Shown: positions 36,869 through 46,531, counted from the stretch's first letter. The stretch is DNA of 64,000 nucleotides from an uncultured Acidobacteriota bacterium (GCA_963836075.1 CAWIIB010000009.1:480001-544000), one strand, 5' to 3'. Numbers and translations: made by a program. The notes: a model not told the origin generated them from the sequence alone.

Positions 36869-37571
36869 ATCGGCTCGTTCTCCTTTCCCAGGGTCACCGC
36901 CAGCTTGCTGCCGGCGTCGGGCGGCCAGTGCCAGGCCACTTCCGACACGAGCTGCACGCCGGGGATCAGCACCATGTGGCTCAGCTTGGTGAGCGGGATC
37001 AGGACGAACACAGGTTGGCGCTCATCACGTGGACCAGCAGCGTGGCCTGCGTAGGAGAAGGGGTTCAGCGCCGGGTGCATCACCAGGAACCCGGACGCGA
37101 AGGGCAGCGCGACGATCAGCGGCAGGGCGTAGTCCTGGAACCGGGACAGCGCCCGGCTGGTGTGCCCGCGCGGCGCGCTGGACCACCAGGGCCACGGCCG
37201 TGACCACGGCGACGATGGTCAGCACGATCGGCCAGCGCTGTTGGACAGCGCCGGCCAGGAGAGGCCCACAGCCCCGTGTCCAGAGAGCGATGTGCCCGGC
37301 GAGGAAGAGCGGGCACCAGGATCACCGCCACGTGAAAGACCAGCGAGGTCAGGCTGAACAGAACCTGCTCCTTCACTTTGGTCACCGGCACCAGCCACTT
37401 CAGGGTGTCGATGATCAGCGCCTGTAGTTGAGGCTCTTGTCCCCGGCCCGCTGCATGGCTGCGGACGATCTCCCAGACCGTCAGCGCCACGTGGCGGACC
37501 AGGCCCAGCACCATGAACGAGAATGCGAAGATGAAAACAGGCCCTCTCGCCCACTCCAGCCAGGATTCCAT
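36865..37571 (-). CDS. NarI-like (HmcE/TmcC/DsrM type) b-cytochrome membrane subunit, frameshifted
   Basis: WLEWARGP, VFHVAVILVP, IPLTKLSH across frames. Confidence 0.78.
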
Positions 37572-39002
37572 CAGCTTTTCTCCCCTTCAGTTCGGTTTCC
37601 GGCGGCTGCCAGTCGTCGTCATCGCCGGTGGGCACGAACTTCTCCACCCCCGCCGCTTCGAAATCGATGACCTTCAGCAGCAGATCGTGCAGCCCGACCA
37701 CCTCGACGTCGTCCAGGTCCGTTGTCCTCGCAGACCTCCTTGAGCTGCTTCTTGCAGTTGGCGCAGGGCGAGACCACGATCTCCGCCCCGGTGGCGCGGA
37801 TCTGGTCGGCCTTGCGCTTGCCCATCAGGCTCGGTGCGGAACTCGCGGATCTCGTCGATGGAGACCGTCCCGCCGCCGCCGCCGCAGCAGTAGTTCTCCG
37901 TGCGGTTGGGGGTCATCTCCACGAAGTCCTCGCAGATCGCTCTTCAGGATCTCCCGCGGCTCCTCGGTGATCCGCCCGCTGCGGGCGATGTTGCACGGGT
38001 CGTGGTAGGTCACCCGCTCCTTGATCTTCTCCGCCTTCAGCGGGATCTTGCCCGCTTGCAGCTGCGCGTAGGCGTACTGCAGGCAGTTGACCACCTCCGG
38101 CGCGTCCGGGCCCGCAGAAGGTGGGGACGAACCAGGCGCTGCGGGTGGCGTGGCCGCACTCGCCGACCAGGATCTTCTTGCCCTTGAGCCGCCGGACCTC
38201 GGCCACCACGTTCTTGACGATCCGCTCCATCATCCGGTCGCTGTAGAACAGGCCGTAGTTGATCCCGTCGTAGTTGCCGGTGCCGATGGTCCAGGAGCCG
38301 CCGGTGACGTGCATCACCGCGGCGTTGCCCATCAGGGTGTCCGGCTCCAGCAGGTAGTCGGAGACGGCGGGGAAGAAGACGTACTCGGCTCCTCCACGTC
38401 GATGGGGAACTTGATCTCGTCGACGCCGTAGATCTCCTCGAACTCCTCCTCGAGGAACTCGCAGGTGTCCTTCAGGGCGGGCACCGGAATGGCCGAGGTG
38501 TTGCCCACGCCCTCGAGCTGCTCGCGGGTCGCCACCAGCAGCGCCTTGGGGATCACGTCGATCTCGGCAAGCAGCCAGCGGGCCAGGTGGGTGACCAGGC
38601 CGTGGTCGATGCCCATCGGGCAGGTCGACTTGCAGCGCCGGCAGGCCGTGCAGCGGTAGAAGGCCTCGGCCATCTCGTCGAGATACTCGTCGGTCAGCGT
38701 GAAGCCGCCGAAGAGCCGCGCCTTGAGCGATGCCGGCCCGGGTGAAGTACCGGCGGTAGATCCTGAACAGCAGCTCCGAGCGATGGCAGGGGATGTCCCG
38801 GTCCTCGCCGGTCGATCTGGTAGAGCTGGCAGGCCGCCGCGCAACGGCTGCACTTGGTGCTCAGCCGGGTGTAGACATCCAGGGCCAGGCCGTAGCTGCC
38901 GTGCTCGAGGACGGCGGCGAACGCCTCGAGGAACTTCCTCGGGCGGTCGCTGACCTCCAGCGCTTTCTCCTCGACGTAGTAGCTGTACTTCGACTTGCTC
39001 AT
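37570..39002 (-). CDS. (Fe-S)-binding CCG-domain protein (HmcF/TmcB/DsrK family), frameshifted
   Basis: CTACRRCKSTCPMGID, GECGH, TYHDPCNIAR, NYCCGGGGG, SPCANC across frames. Confidence 0.85.
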
Positions 39003-39383
39003 CTAGTTCGACCCTTTCCTTGCCTTGTCCGTCCCCTCCGGATCGTGCGGCTGCGGCACGGTACAGGACCCGCTGCCCGGTTCCAGCTCGCCCTTGAGAA
39101 ATTGGACCAGCAGTTCCTCCACCCCGCCCGAGACCCACGAGATGACGTGGACCCCGTTGGCCTTCACCATGTCCTCGAAGGTGTTCTCCACCCCGCCGCA
39201 GATCAGCACGTCCACCTGCTGGTCGCGAAGCAGCCGCAGCCGGTCGAAGACGTTCCGGCTCTCCAGGCGGAAATCCACCTGGTTCACCAACTCCAACCCA
39301 TCGAGGGTGAAGATGGCGATGGTGGCCGAGTACTCGTAGCAGGGGGCCACCATTTCCTCAAACCTTGGTATGGCAACTTTCAT
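39003..39383 (-). CDS. NifB/NifX family (orange-protein-like) protein
   Basis: MKVAIP, VDVLICGG, small alpha/beta domain. Confidence 0.82.
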   Translation of the reverse strand: MKVAIPRFEEMVAPCYEYSATIAIFTLDGLELVNQVDFRLESRNVFDRLRLLRDQQVDVLICGGVENTFEDMVKANGVHVISWVSGGVEELLVQFLKGELEPGSGSCTVPQPHDPEGTDKARKGSN

Positions 39384-39411
39384 CACTATTCGCCTCCGGG
39401 GGAGGGAACGT

Positions 39412-39562
39412 AGCAAAAGGCGGGCCAGGTTTTGGAATGGCAGCTTAACGCATTGATATTGTATTGCTTAGCGCGGATGATGTGTTGCAAAGCGTTCGTT
39501 GCGATGATGCATCAATGCAACGCAACATGGTTGCAGCGTTTCACTATTGGAACGATGAAACG
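39412..39562 (-). promoter_or_regulatory. Sigma-54 promoter, IHF site and candidate enhancers for the Hmc-like operon
   Basis: TGGCCCGCCTTTTGCT on - strand (39412-39427); IHF consensus TATCAATGCGTTA (39446-39458); inverted GTTGCA/TGCAAC and CGTTTCA..TGAAACG motifs at 39483-39562. Confidence 0.75.
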
Positions 39563-39773
39563 CGTGATCAAACCGCATCCGGAGTGCGGAGGAGCCGAAG
39601 GCAGGGGTTGCAGGTGGGCATATGAGCAGCAGGATGGGGCCGCCGGCTGCATACTCTCGATAGCTCGCTTGCCCTTTTTGCATAAAGAAATTATATTCAC
39701 TGCATGTATGGTTGGCTCAAGCCGATCCCAGTATCATATATCTCTGTATATTCAACCAAATGAGGCGGTTACC

Positions 39774-41294
39774 ATGCTCAGAGCTGGGACGAGTCTGGCT
39801 TTCATCCTCTTGTGCTCTTCCATTGTGGTGACTGGCGCAGTTATCCATGTCCCGAGCGGCCAGCCCACCATCCAGGCGGGGATCGACGCTGCCGTGGACG
39901 GGGACACCGTGCTGGTGGCCGATGGAACCTTCACCGGTGACGGGAACCGTAACATCGGCTTTCACGGCAAGGCGATCACCGTCAGGTCGGAGAACGGGGC
40001 GGAGTACTGCATTATCGATTGTGAAGGCTGGGGATTTGGATTCACTTTCCAAAACGGTGAGGATCTGGATTCGGTGCTGGACGGATTCACGATCCGCAAC
40101 GGAGAATATATCGCTGGTGGTGGGATCTACTGCGACGGCTCCTCCCCAACGATCGCCAACTGCACCTTCAGTGGAAACGTAGCTGATTTTTTGGGTGGTG
40201 GGCTGTTTTGCGTCTACTCCTCGCCAACGATCGCCAACTGCACCTTCAGTGGAAACGTAGCTGATAGTGACGGTGCCGGTGGTGGGATCTACTGCGCTCA
40301 ATCCTCCCCGACGATCACCAACTGCACCTTCAGCGCTAACGGGGCACAAGGGGCTTGGGGTGGGGGTAACGGTGGTGGGATCTTCTGCGACGCCTCCTCG
40401 CCAACGATCACCAACTGCACCTTCAGCGCTAACTGGGCACATGGGGGTTATGATGGGGGTACGGGTGGTGGGATCGCCTGCTGGGGCTCATCAACGACGA
40501 TCACCAACTGCACCTTCAGCGAGAACGTAGCTGATAATGGTTATGGTAGTGGGATCTTCTGCACGGGGGCGGGATCCTCGCAAACGATCACCAACTGCAT
40601 CGTCTGGAACAACAGCCCGGACGGCATCCATGACGCATCGGGCTCCTCGATCGTCTCCTACTCCGACGTTCAGGGCGGCTGGCCGGGCGAGGGCAACATC
40701 GACGCCGATCCGCTGTTCATTGCCGGACCCGAGGGCAACTACTACCTCAGCCAAGTAGCCGCTGGGCAGGCCGAGGACAGCCCGTGTCTGGATGCCGGGA
40801 GCGAACCGTCAGCGGACATCTGCTACGACAGTGGCGAGGGGACTGTCTGCCTCGACCAGCGCCCGACCCGCACCGACTTCGTCGACGACGCCGGGCAGGT
40901 GGACATGGGATACCACTACCCCGGCCGGATGGTGGAGTCGGTTCTGACCAGTTCCCTGACGTTCGGCACGGTGCCCTTCACGACGGATCTGTCGGTGACG
41001 GTCTCGAACCGGCACCCAAGCCAGTCCCGGACTCTCGTCGGCCGTATCGACGTCGAGCTCGCCGGCGGCCAGTCTTTCCCGAACTGGCGAACCGGATTCT
41101 TGAGCGTTCCGCCCGGAGACAGCTTTACCACGTCCTGGCCCCGGAACATCCCGGCCCTCGGGTCGGTGATTGGGAGAAACGAGTTCACGCTGGTGGCCGA
41201 GGACGTGACATCCGCACCCTTCAACCAACCGCCCTATCCACCGGCAGGGGACACCGCCACGGCCTCCTGCACGGTGACGGGGATCGCTCCGTGA
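39774..41294 (+). CDS. Secreted right-handed parallel beta-helix repeat protein with shared C-terminal domain
   Basis: Signal peptide, TIQAGIDAA..DTVLVADG, repeated GGGIxC..SPTIxNCTFSxN, GNIDADPLF, VDMGYHY. Confidence 0.88.
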   Translation: MLRAGTSLAFILLCSSIVVTGAVIHVPSGQPTIQAGIDAAVDGDTVLVADGTFTGDGNRNIGFHGKAITVRSENGAEYCIIDCEGWGFGFTFQNGEDLDSVLDGFTIRNGEYIAGGGIYCDGSSPTIANCTFSGNVADFLGGGLFCVYSSPTIANCTFSGNVADSDGAGGGIYCAQSSPTITNCTFSANGAQGAWGGGNGGGIFCDASSPTITNCTFSANWAHGGYDGGTGGGIACWGSSTTITNCTFSENVADNGYGSGIFCTGAGSSQTITNCIVWNNSPDGIHDASGSSIVSYSDVQGGWPGEGNIDADPLFIAGPEGNYYLSQVAAGQAEDSPCLDAGSEPSADICYDSGEGTVCLDQRPTRTDFVDDAGQVDMGYHYPGRMVESVLTSSLTFGTVPFTTDLSVTVSNRHPSQSRTLVGRIDVELAGGQSFPNWRTGFLSVPPGDSFTTSWPRNIPALGSVIGRNEFTLVAEDVTSAPFNQPPYPPAGDTATASCTVTGIAP

Positions 41295-41375
41295 ACGACC
41301 GGGTGAAACAGCGACATTGATCGGGCAGGCCTCGTAGCGCATCCAGAAAACGATCCCAGCAAAATAGCCGATCTA

Positions 41376-41429
41376 TTGTTATCAACAACTTAAATTGACT
41401 ACATCATTAGCATGTTGTGACCGCCGGCC
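41376..41429. repeat. 54-bp conserved downstream motif, copy 1 (contains IHF box)
   Basis: 47/54 identical to 43189-43242; TATCAACAACTTA fits WATCAANNNNTTR. Confidence 0.85.
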
Positions 41430-41634
41430 GAAAAATAAAAGGCTTCCTCGCCACTTTCTTCTTGCCGTTTCGTAAAAATTGCTTATATTTAGCACAAAAG
41501 CACTGCCTATTATTCGTTTTATCCTTCTCTAATCTGATGGCGCCCGAAAGGATTTGTCATCCACGGGAGACAAGGAGCAACGAGATAAGGATTCCTATCT
41601 ATTGAAACGTGGAGGCCATAAAAGGAGTAGTCCC

Positions 41635-43107
41635 ATGAACATCCGCATGTTCTGTTTTATCTGCATCGCATTGCTGACTCTGTGCTTTATTCCAACGACG
41701 ATAACCGAAGCACAGTTATTTGAGCCAGCCGTGAACTACAGTGCCGGTTATGAGCCTTACTCCGTCGACATCGGCGACCTTGATGGCGACGGCACCCCGG
41801 ACCTGGCCGTAGCGAACCGGGTCGACGACAATGTCTCGGTGCTGCTGGGTAACGGGGACGGCACTTTCCAGGATGCGGAGAATTACGGCGCAGCTGAGTC
41901 TCCCGAATCAGTTGCCATCGCAAACCTTGATGGCAACGGCGCCCCGGACCTGGCTGTGGCGAATTACCTGAGTGACAATGTCTCGGTACTCCTGGGCATT
42001 GGGGACGGCATTTTTGGGGCTGCGGTGAATTACGGCGTCGATGACGGGCCTATATCGGTCGCCATCGCAGACCTTGATGGCGATGGCAACTCGGACCTGA
42101 CTGTGGTGAATTACCTGGGTTTCAATGTCTCGGTACTCCTGGGCATTGGGGACGGCACCTTTGGGGCCGCGGTGAATTACGGCGTCAATATCGGGCCTTA
42201 CTCGGTGGCCATCGATGACCTGGATGGCAACCAAGTTCTGGACCTGGCCGTGGCGAATAGTAGCAGTGTTTCCATACTCTTGGGTCTTGGGGACGGCACC
42301 TTTGAAGCCGCGGTGCATTACAACGCCGGCGATGAGCTTAGATCGGTCGCTATCGATGACCTGAATGGCGACGGTGCCCTGGACCTGGCCGTGGCCAATT
42401 CCTTGAGCGACGATGTCTCGGTGCTGCTAGGCAACGGCGACGGCACCTTCCAGACAAGGGTCAATTACGGGGCCGGTGACGGTTCTTACTCGGTCGCCAT
42501 CGGCGACCTGGATGGCGACTTCAACCCGGACCTAGCCGTGTCCAATATATGGAGCAACAATATCTCCGTTCTGTTAGGCAACGGGGACGGCACTTTCCAG
42601 AATGCGGAGAATTACGGGGTCGATCATTGGCCATGGTCGGTCGCCATCGAAGACCTTGATGGCGACGGTGCCCTGGACCTGGCCGTGGCAAATCGAGCTG
42701 GCAACAATATCTCGGTGCTTATCAACCGGAGCGCTGAGAATATCATCGCCGCCGAGCTGACCTGCGTCCCGGCATCGGGCACGATACCCTTTATGGTCAG
42801 CATGACGGTGGGATTGACGAACCAATACAACGGGCAAACCCGCCGTATTGCCGGCCACATTAACCTCCAGCTGGCCGGGGGCGACTACTACTCCAACTGG
42901 CGAGCGGGCTACACCAACGTGGGTCCCGGTCAGACGTACTCGTCATTGTGGGTGCAGACAATCCCGGACCTCGGATCGGTGATCGGCACGAACACTTTCA
43001 CGCTGGTGGCCGAGGACGTGACGCCCTCACCATACAACCAGCCCCCATACCCACCGGCTGGGGATATCGACATGGTCAGCTGCACGGTGACGGGGATCGC
43101 TCCCTGA
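41635..43107 (+). CDS. Secreted FG-GAP/VCBS repeat protein with shared C-terminal domain
   Basis: Signal peptide, seven SVAIxDLDGDGxxDLAVAN..VSVLLGNGDGTF repeats. Confidence 0.9.
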   Translation: MNIRMFCFICIALLTLCFIPTTITEAQLFEPAVNYSAGYEPYSVDIGDLDGDGTPDLAVANRVDDNVSVLLGNGDGTFQDAENYGAAESPESVAIANLDGNGAPDLAVANYLSDNVSVLLGIGDGIFGAAVNYGVDDGPISVAIADLDGDGNSDLTVVNYLGFNVSVLLGIGDGTFGAAVNYGVNIGPYSVAIDDLDGNQVLDLAVANSSSVSILLGLGDGTFEAAVHYNAGDELRSVAIDDLNGDGALDLAVANSLSDDVSVLLGNGDGTFQTRVNYGAGDGSYSVAIGDLDGDFNPDLAVSNIWSNNISVLLGNGDGTFQNAENYGVDHWPWSVAIEDLDGDGALDLAVANRAGNNISVLINRSAENIIAAELTCVPASGTIPFMVSMTVGLTNQYNGQTRRIAGHINLQLAGGDYYSNWRAGYTNVGPGQTYSSLWVQTIPDLGSVIGTNTFTLVAEDVTPSPYNQPPYPPAGDIDMVSCTVTGIAP

Positions 43108-43188
43108 TAGGCGAGGCAAGGCAGCGGCAATCTTCAACCAGATGGCGCAAGTAGCGGGAAGTCCCGCTTCGTCCAGACTACCCCTTTT

Positions 43189-43242
43189 TTGTTTTCAATA
43201 ACTTAATTTGAATACATCATTAGCATGATGGGGCCGCCGGCC
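43189..43242. repeat. 54-bp conserved downstream motif, copy 2
   Basis: Direct repeat of 41376-41429 at the same distance from the stop codon. Confidence 0.85.
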
Positions 43243-43437
43243 ATCGCCTTCTATCCCACCAGGAGCATTGTTCAGCTCTGGCCCCAAGGCGCATCGAGAT
43301 CTATAATCAAAATATCGGATGTCCATGGCGTGTTTTCATGGACAATGGTTTGATCCTGCAGGCAATTAAATACTTGTGGAATACCCTGGCGCCCCGCGCC
43401 CGGACTGAGCTTCTTCGCCTGGGAATAGTCGCTCGTC

Positions 43438-43641
43438 CGTTACGGTGCCACCGTGTTCGCCGGCGCCGACCTGGATGGTGACGGCCGGGACGACCTGGTG
43501 GTGGGCGGCGGCCCCGACCCCGGCATCGGCACACCGGTCAACGTTTTTCGATATGACGGTGTGGCTGTGGGGCAGTGGTTCTCACTGGAGGGCTACGAAG
43601 GATTGACCCACGGCGTCAACGTGGCGGCGGGACGGTTCTAG
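43438..43641 (+). pseudogene. Orphan 3' fragment of an FG-GAP protein
   Basis: RYGATVFAGADLDGDGRDDLVVGGGPDP..HGVNVAAGRF* with no signal peptide or 5' portion. Confidence 0.7.
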
Positions 43642-43665
43642 GAGAATCGACAGGTTGGGCCCCTA

Positions 43666-43899
43666 TCAATCTATTGGGGATTCTGGCTTAAGTATCGGGA
43701 GTCTTTCTGTGCCATCCCTTCTGACACATTCGGTCATTTTATGATAAGACCGGATGGTGTTCTGCAATGTCATCAGGCGCTCCGCCGGGGTCATGGACAG
43801 CATCCAGCGAATCAGAGTCAGGTCAACGCCATCCTCGCTGTGGGTCTTTTTCGTCTCCCCAACGTTCAGGTTTGAATCGTCGAGTTTTCGATCCTGCAC
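43666..43899 (-). CDS. Small antitoxin-like protein or remnant (GVDLTLIRWMLSMTPAERL)
   Basis: Motif resembles small proteins usually found upstream of nucleotidyltransferases; no partner gene present. Confidence 0.5.
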   Translation of the reverse strand: MQDRKLDDSNLNVGETKKTHSEDGVDLTLIRWMLSMTPAERLMTLQNTIRSYHKMTECVRRDGTERLPILKPESPID

Positions 43900-43970
43900 G
43901 GCAGCACCTCGGCATGATTCCAGTGGAGAAAATATCGTTGACCAAAGAGTAGGGAACTGCATACCCACTG

Positions 43971-45344
43971 TCAATCAGTCTGATACTCCCGGGCGTCGAT
44001 CCCCAGCTTCTTCATCTTGCGCCACAGTGTGGTGCGGCTGATGCCCAGGTCGCGGGCCGTCTCCTCCACCCGGCCCTGGTTGGCGCGGAGGGCGGTGCGG
44101 ATGGCATCCCCCTCGGCGGCCTTCAATTTCCTTTTCGGGTCTCCGGCGGCAGCGGCCTTGCCCGGTGCGGCGGCCTGCCGGCGCAGACCGGACTGCAAGT
44201 CTTCGGGCAGGTGGTGCACGTCGATCACCAGGTCGTGGCAGAGGACAAAGCCGTACTCGATGAGGTTCTCCAGTTCGCGCACGTTGCCCGGGAAGTCGTG
44301 GCGCATCAGGATCTCCATCACCGCCGGGGTGACGCCGGTGATCGTCTTGCCCCGCTTGGCCGAAAAGCGCCGGATGAAGTGCTCCACGAGGAAGGGGATG
44401 TCCTGGCGCCGCTCGCGGAGCGGGGGCACGGTGAGGCGGATCACCGCCAGCCGGAAATAGAGGTCGTCGCGGAACTTGCCCTGGCTCACCAGCTCGGCCA
44501 GCTTGCGGTTGGTGGCCGCCACCACCCGCACGTTGGTCTTCAGCGGCCCTTCGCCCCCCAGCGGCTCGTACTCGCGCTCCTGGAGGACGCGGAGCAGCTT
44601 GACCTGGGTCTCCGGCGGCAGCTCGCTGATCTCGTCGAAGAAGATCGTCCCCCCCTCGGCCAGGGTCAGCCGCCCCGGCTTGTCCCGCTTGGCATCGGTG
44701 AACGCGCCCTTGATGTAGCCGAAGAGCTCCGACTCGAAGAGGGTCGCCGGCAGGGCGCCGCAGTTGACCACCACGTAGGGTTGTTTGGCTCGCTGGCTCA
44801 GGTTGTGCACCGCCCGGGCGAGAAGTTCTTTGCCCGAGCCGCTGGGGCCTTCGATGAGCACGGTGGACTCGCTCTCGGCGATGTCGGGGAGCAGGGCGAA
44901 GATCTTGCGGAAGGCCTCGCTCTTGCCGACGATGTCCTCGAAGGTGTACTGGCTCTTGATCTCGCGGCGCAGCTGCTCGATGGCCGAGAGGTCGCGGAAG
45001 GTCTCCACCGCCCCGATCAGCGTGCCGTCGGCATCGCGCAGCACCGCGGTGCTGACACTGATCGGCGTCGACTTGCCTTTGGCGTCGAGGATGCGGGCCG
45101 GCAGGTCGATCTGCTCCATGCCGGTGTCGCGGGTCTGGCGCATGGCGCAGCCCGACTCGCAGATGTTGGCGTGGAAGACGTCGCAGCAGCGCTGGCCGAT
45201 GGCCTCCTCGGCGGAAACCCCGGTGATCCGCTCGGCGGCGCGGTTGAACGAGGTGATCTTCCAATCGCGGTCAACGGTGAACACACCGTCGGCGATGGAA
45301 CTGAGGATCAGTTCGAGAAACTGCCTGTTGTATTCCGGTTTCAT
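43971..45344 (-). CDS. PAS-containing sigma-54 enhancer-binding protein (OrpR-like)
   Basis: PAS with C-X8-C-X3-C (CCDVFHANICESGC), GPSGSGKE, GAFTDA, Fis-type HTH. Confidence 0.9.
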   Translation of the reverse strand: MKPEYNRQFLELILSSIADGVFTVDRDWKITSFNRAAERITGVSAEEAIGQRCCDVFHANICESGCAMRQTRDTGMEQIDLPARILDAKGKSTPISVSTAVLRDADGTLIGAVETFRDLSAIEQLRREIKSQYTFEDIVGKSEAFRKIFALLPDIAESESTVLIEGPSGSGKELLARAVHNLSQRAKQPYVVVNCGALPATLFESELFGYIKGAFTDAKRDKPGRLTLAEGGTIFFDEISELPPETQVKLLRVLQEREYEPLGGEGPLKTNVRVVAATNRKLAELVSQGKFRDDLYFRLAVIRLTVPPLRERRQDIPFLVEHFIRRFSAKRGKTITGVTPAVMEILMRHDFPGNVRELENLIEYGFVLCHDLVIDVHHLPEDLQSGLRRQAAAPGKAAAAGDPKRKLKAAEGDAIRTALRANQGRVEETARDLGISRTTLWRKMKKLGIDAREYQTD

Positions 45345-45503
45345 GGTCTCGCACCTGATACATTGCTCAGCCCAATGCCACCAATCCCCATAATGATAAC
45401 GTGATTTCAGAAATATATCGAACCGTCGGCGGTGACGTCCCGTAATTTCTGTGGTAATGGTTTTGATGCTGTCTGCGTTGGTAATGTATTGATGTTTTCA
45501 TAG

Positions 45504-46497
45504 ATGCCGATGGTGTTGCCCGAGGAGAAAATGATGCCCTGTAAAAGCCGCCGATTCCCGATGCTGACCATGTCCATCCTGCTGGCCCTCTCACTGGCCG
45601 GTCCGTGGTGCCTCGCCCAGGAGGAACCGCAACCCGATTTCGACGCCCTGGCGGCGCAGTTCAAGGAGGCCCGGGAGGCCGGGGACTACGCCCGGGCGCT
45701 GGAGCTGGCCGAACAGAAGAACGAGCTGGCCCAGATCGACTACATCTTCACCCTGCGCGACGTGGCCGCCATGCACTGCCGGCTGGGCGACACGGAATTG
45801 GCCTATCAGTGGCTGCAGGAGTCGTTTGACGCCGGGTTCTGGGACTTTGGCGAGCTGATGAAGGACGAGGACTTCGCCGCCATCAGCAAGGAGCGGCGGT
45901 TCCGCAAGATGATGCGCACGGCCTGGACCGGCCAGTACCTGTCGATGCTGGAACGGGAGGAGCGCGAGGAGTTCCAGCATCCCGGTCAGGTGATGGAAAC
46001 CCTGGGTCTCAAGCCGGGCGAGAAGGTGGCCGACATCGGCGCCGGATCGGGCTACTTCACCATCCCCGCGGCCCACGCCGTGGGCCAGGAGGGGGTGGTC
46101 TGGGCCATCGACATCCGCCAGGAAATGCTCGATCACGTGGCCGGACGGCTGGAGGAGGAGGAACTGGACAACGTGAGGCTGATGCGTGTGGATGCCACCG
46201 ACCCCCAGCTGCCGGAAGCCGGAGTGGACACCATCCTGATGATCGACACCCTGCACTATGTCAAGGACCGCACGGCCTACGCGGAAAAGCTGAAATACGG
46301 GCTGGTGCCGGGGGGGCGGGTGGTGATCATCGACTACCGGCCCAAGTCGTTCGAGGAGCGGCCCTGGGGCCCGCCGCCGCAGCAGCAGATGTCGAAGGAG
46401 GAGGTGGACGCCGACTTCGCCGCGGCCGGGCTGAAGGTGCTCCGCACCCATGATTTCCTGCCCGAACAGGTACTTCGTGGAATACGGGGTCGAGTGA
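45504..46497 (+). CDS. Signal-peptide/TPR-like class I SAM methyltransferase (extra base near 46470)
   Basis: VADIGAGSGYF; removing one G gives the ending FLPEQYFVEYGVE* at 46497; exact start uncertain. Confidence 0.85.
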
Positions 46498-46531
46498 TCA
46501 GCGGCGATACGAACGGAACGGGTGAACCGCC

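Noticed and set aside
36865-39002. Calling the cluster dsrMK or a hydrogenase
   Set aside because: No dsrJ, dsrC, dsrAB or hydrogenase catalytic subunits are in the window, so only family-level assignment is justified.
39003-39383. NifX-like gene as evidence of nitrogen fixation
   Set aside because: The family is common in non-diazotrophic anaerobes and no nif structural genes are present.
39432-39773. 114-aa N-terminal extension of the beta-helix ORF given in the ORF track
   Set aside because: It overlaps the divergent sigma-54 regulatory region; ATG 39774 has a GAGG RBS and begins the signal peptide.
40140-42720. Regularly spaced DNA repeats resembling a CRISPR array or DGR template
   Set aside because: They are in-frame coding repeats of beta-helix and FG-GAP proteins, with no unique spacers, cas genes, reverse transcriptase or adenine-specific variation.
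41376-43242. 54-bp repeat as an integron attC site
   Set aside because: It lacks the RYYYAAC..GTTRRRY boxes and long hairpin, and no integrase is present; kept only as a generic att-like candidate.
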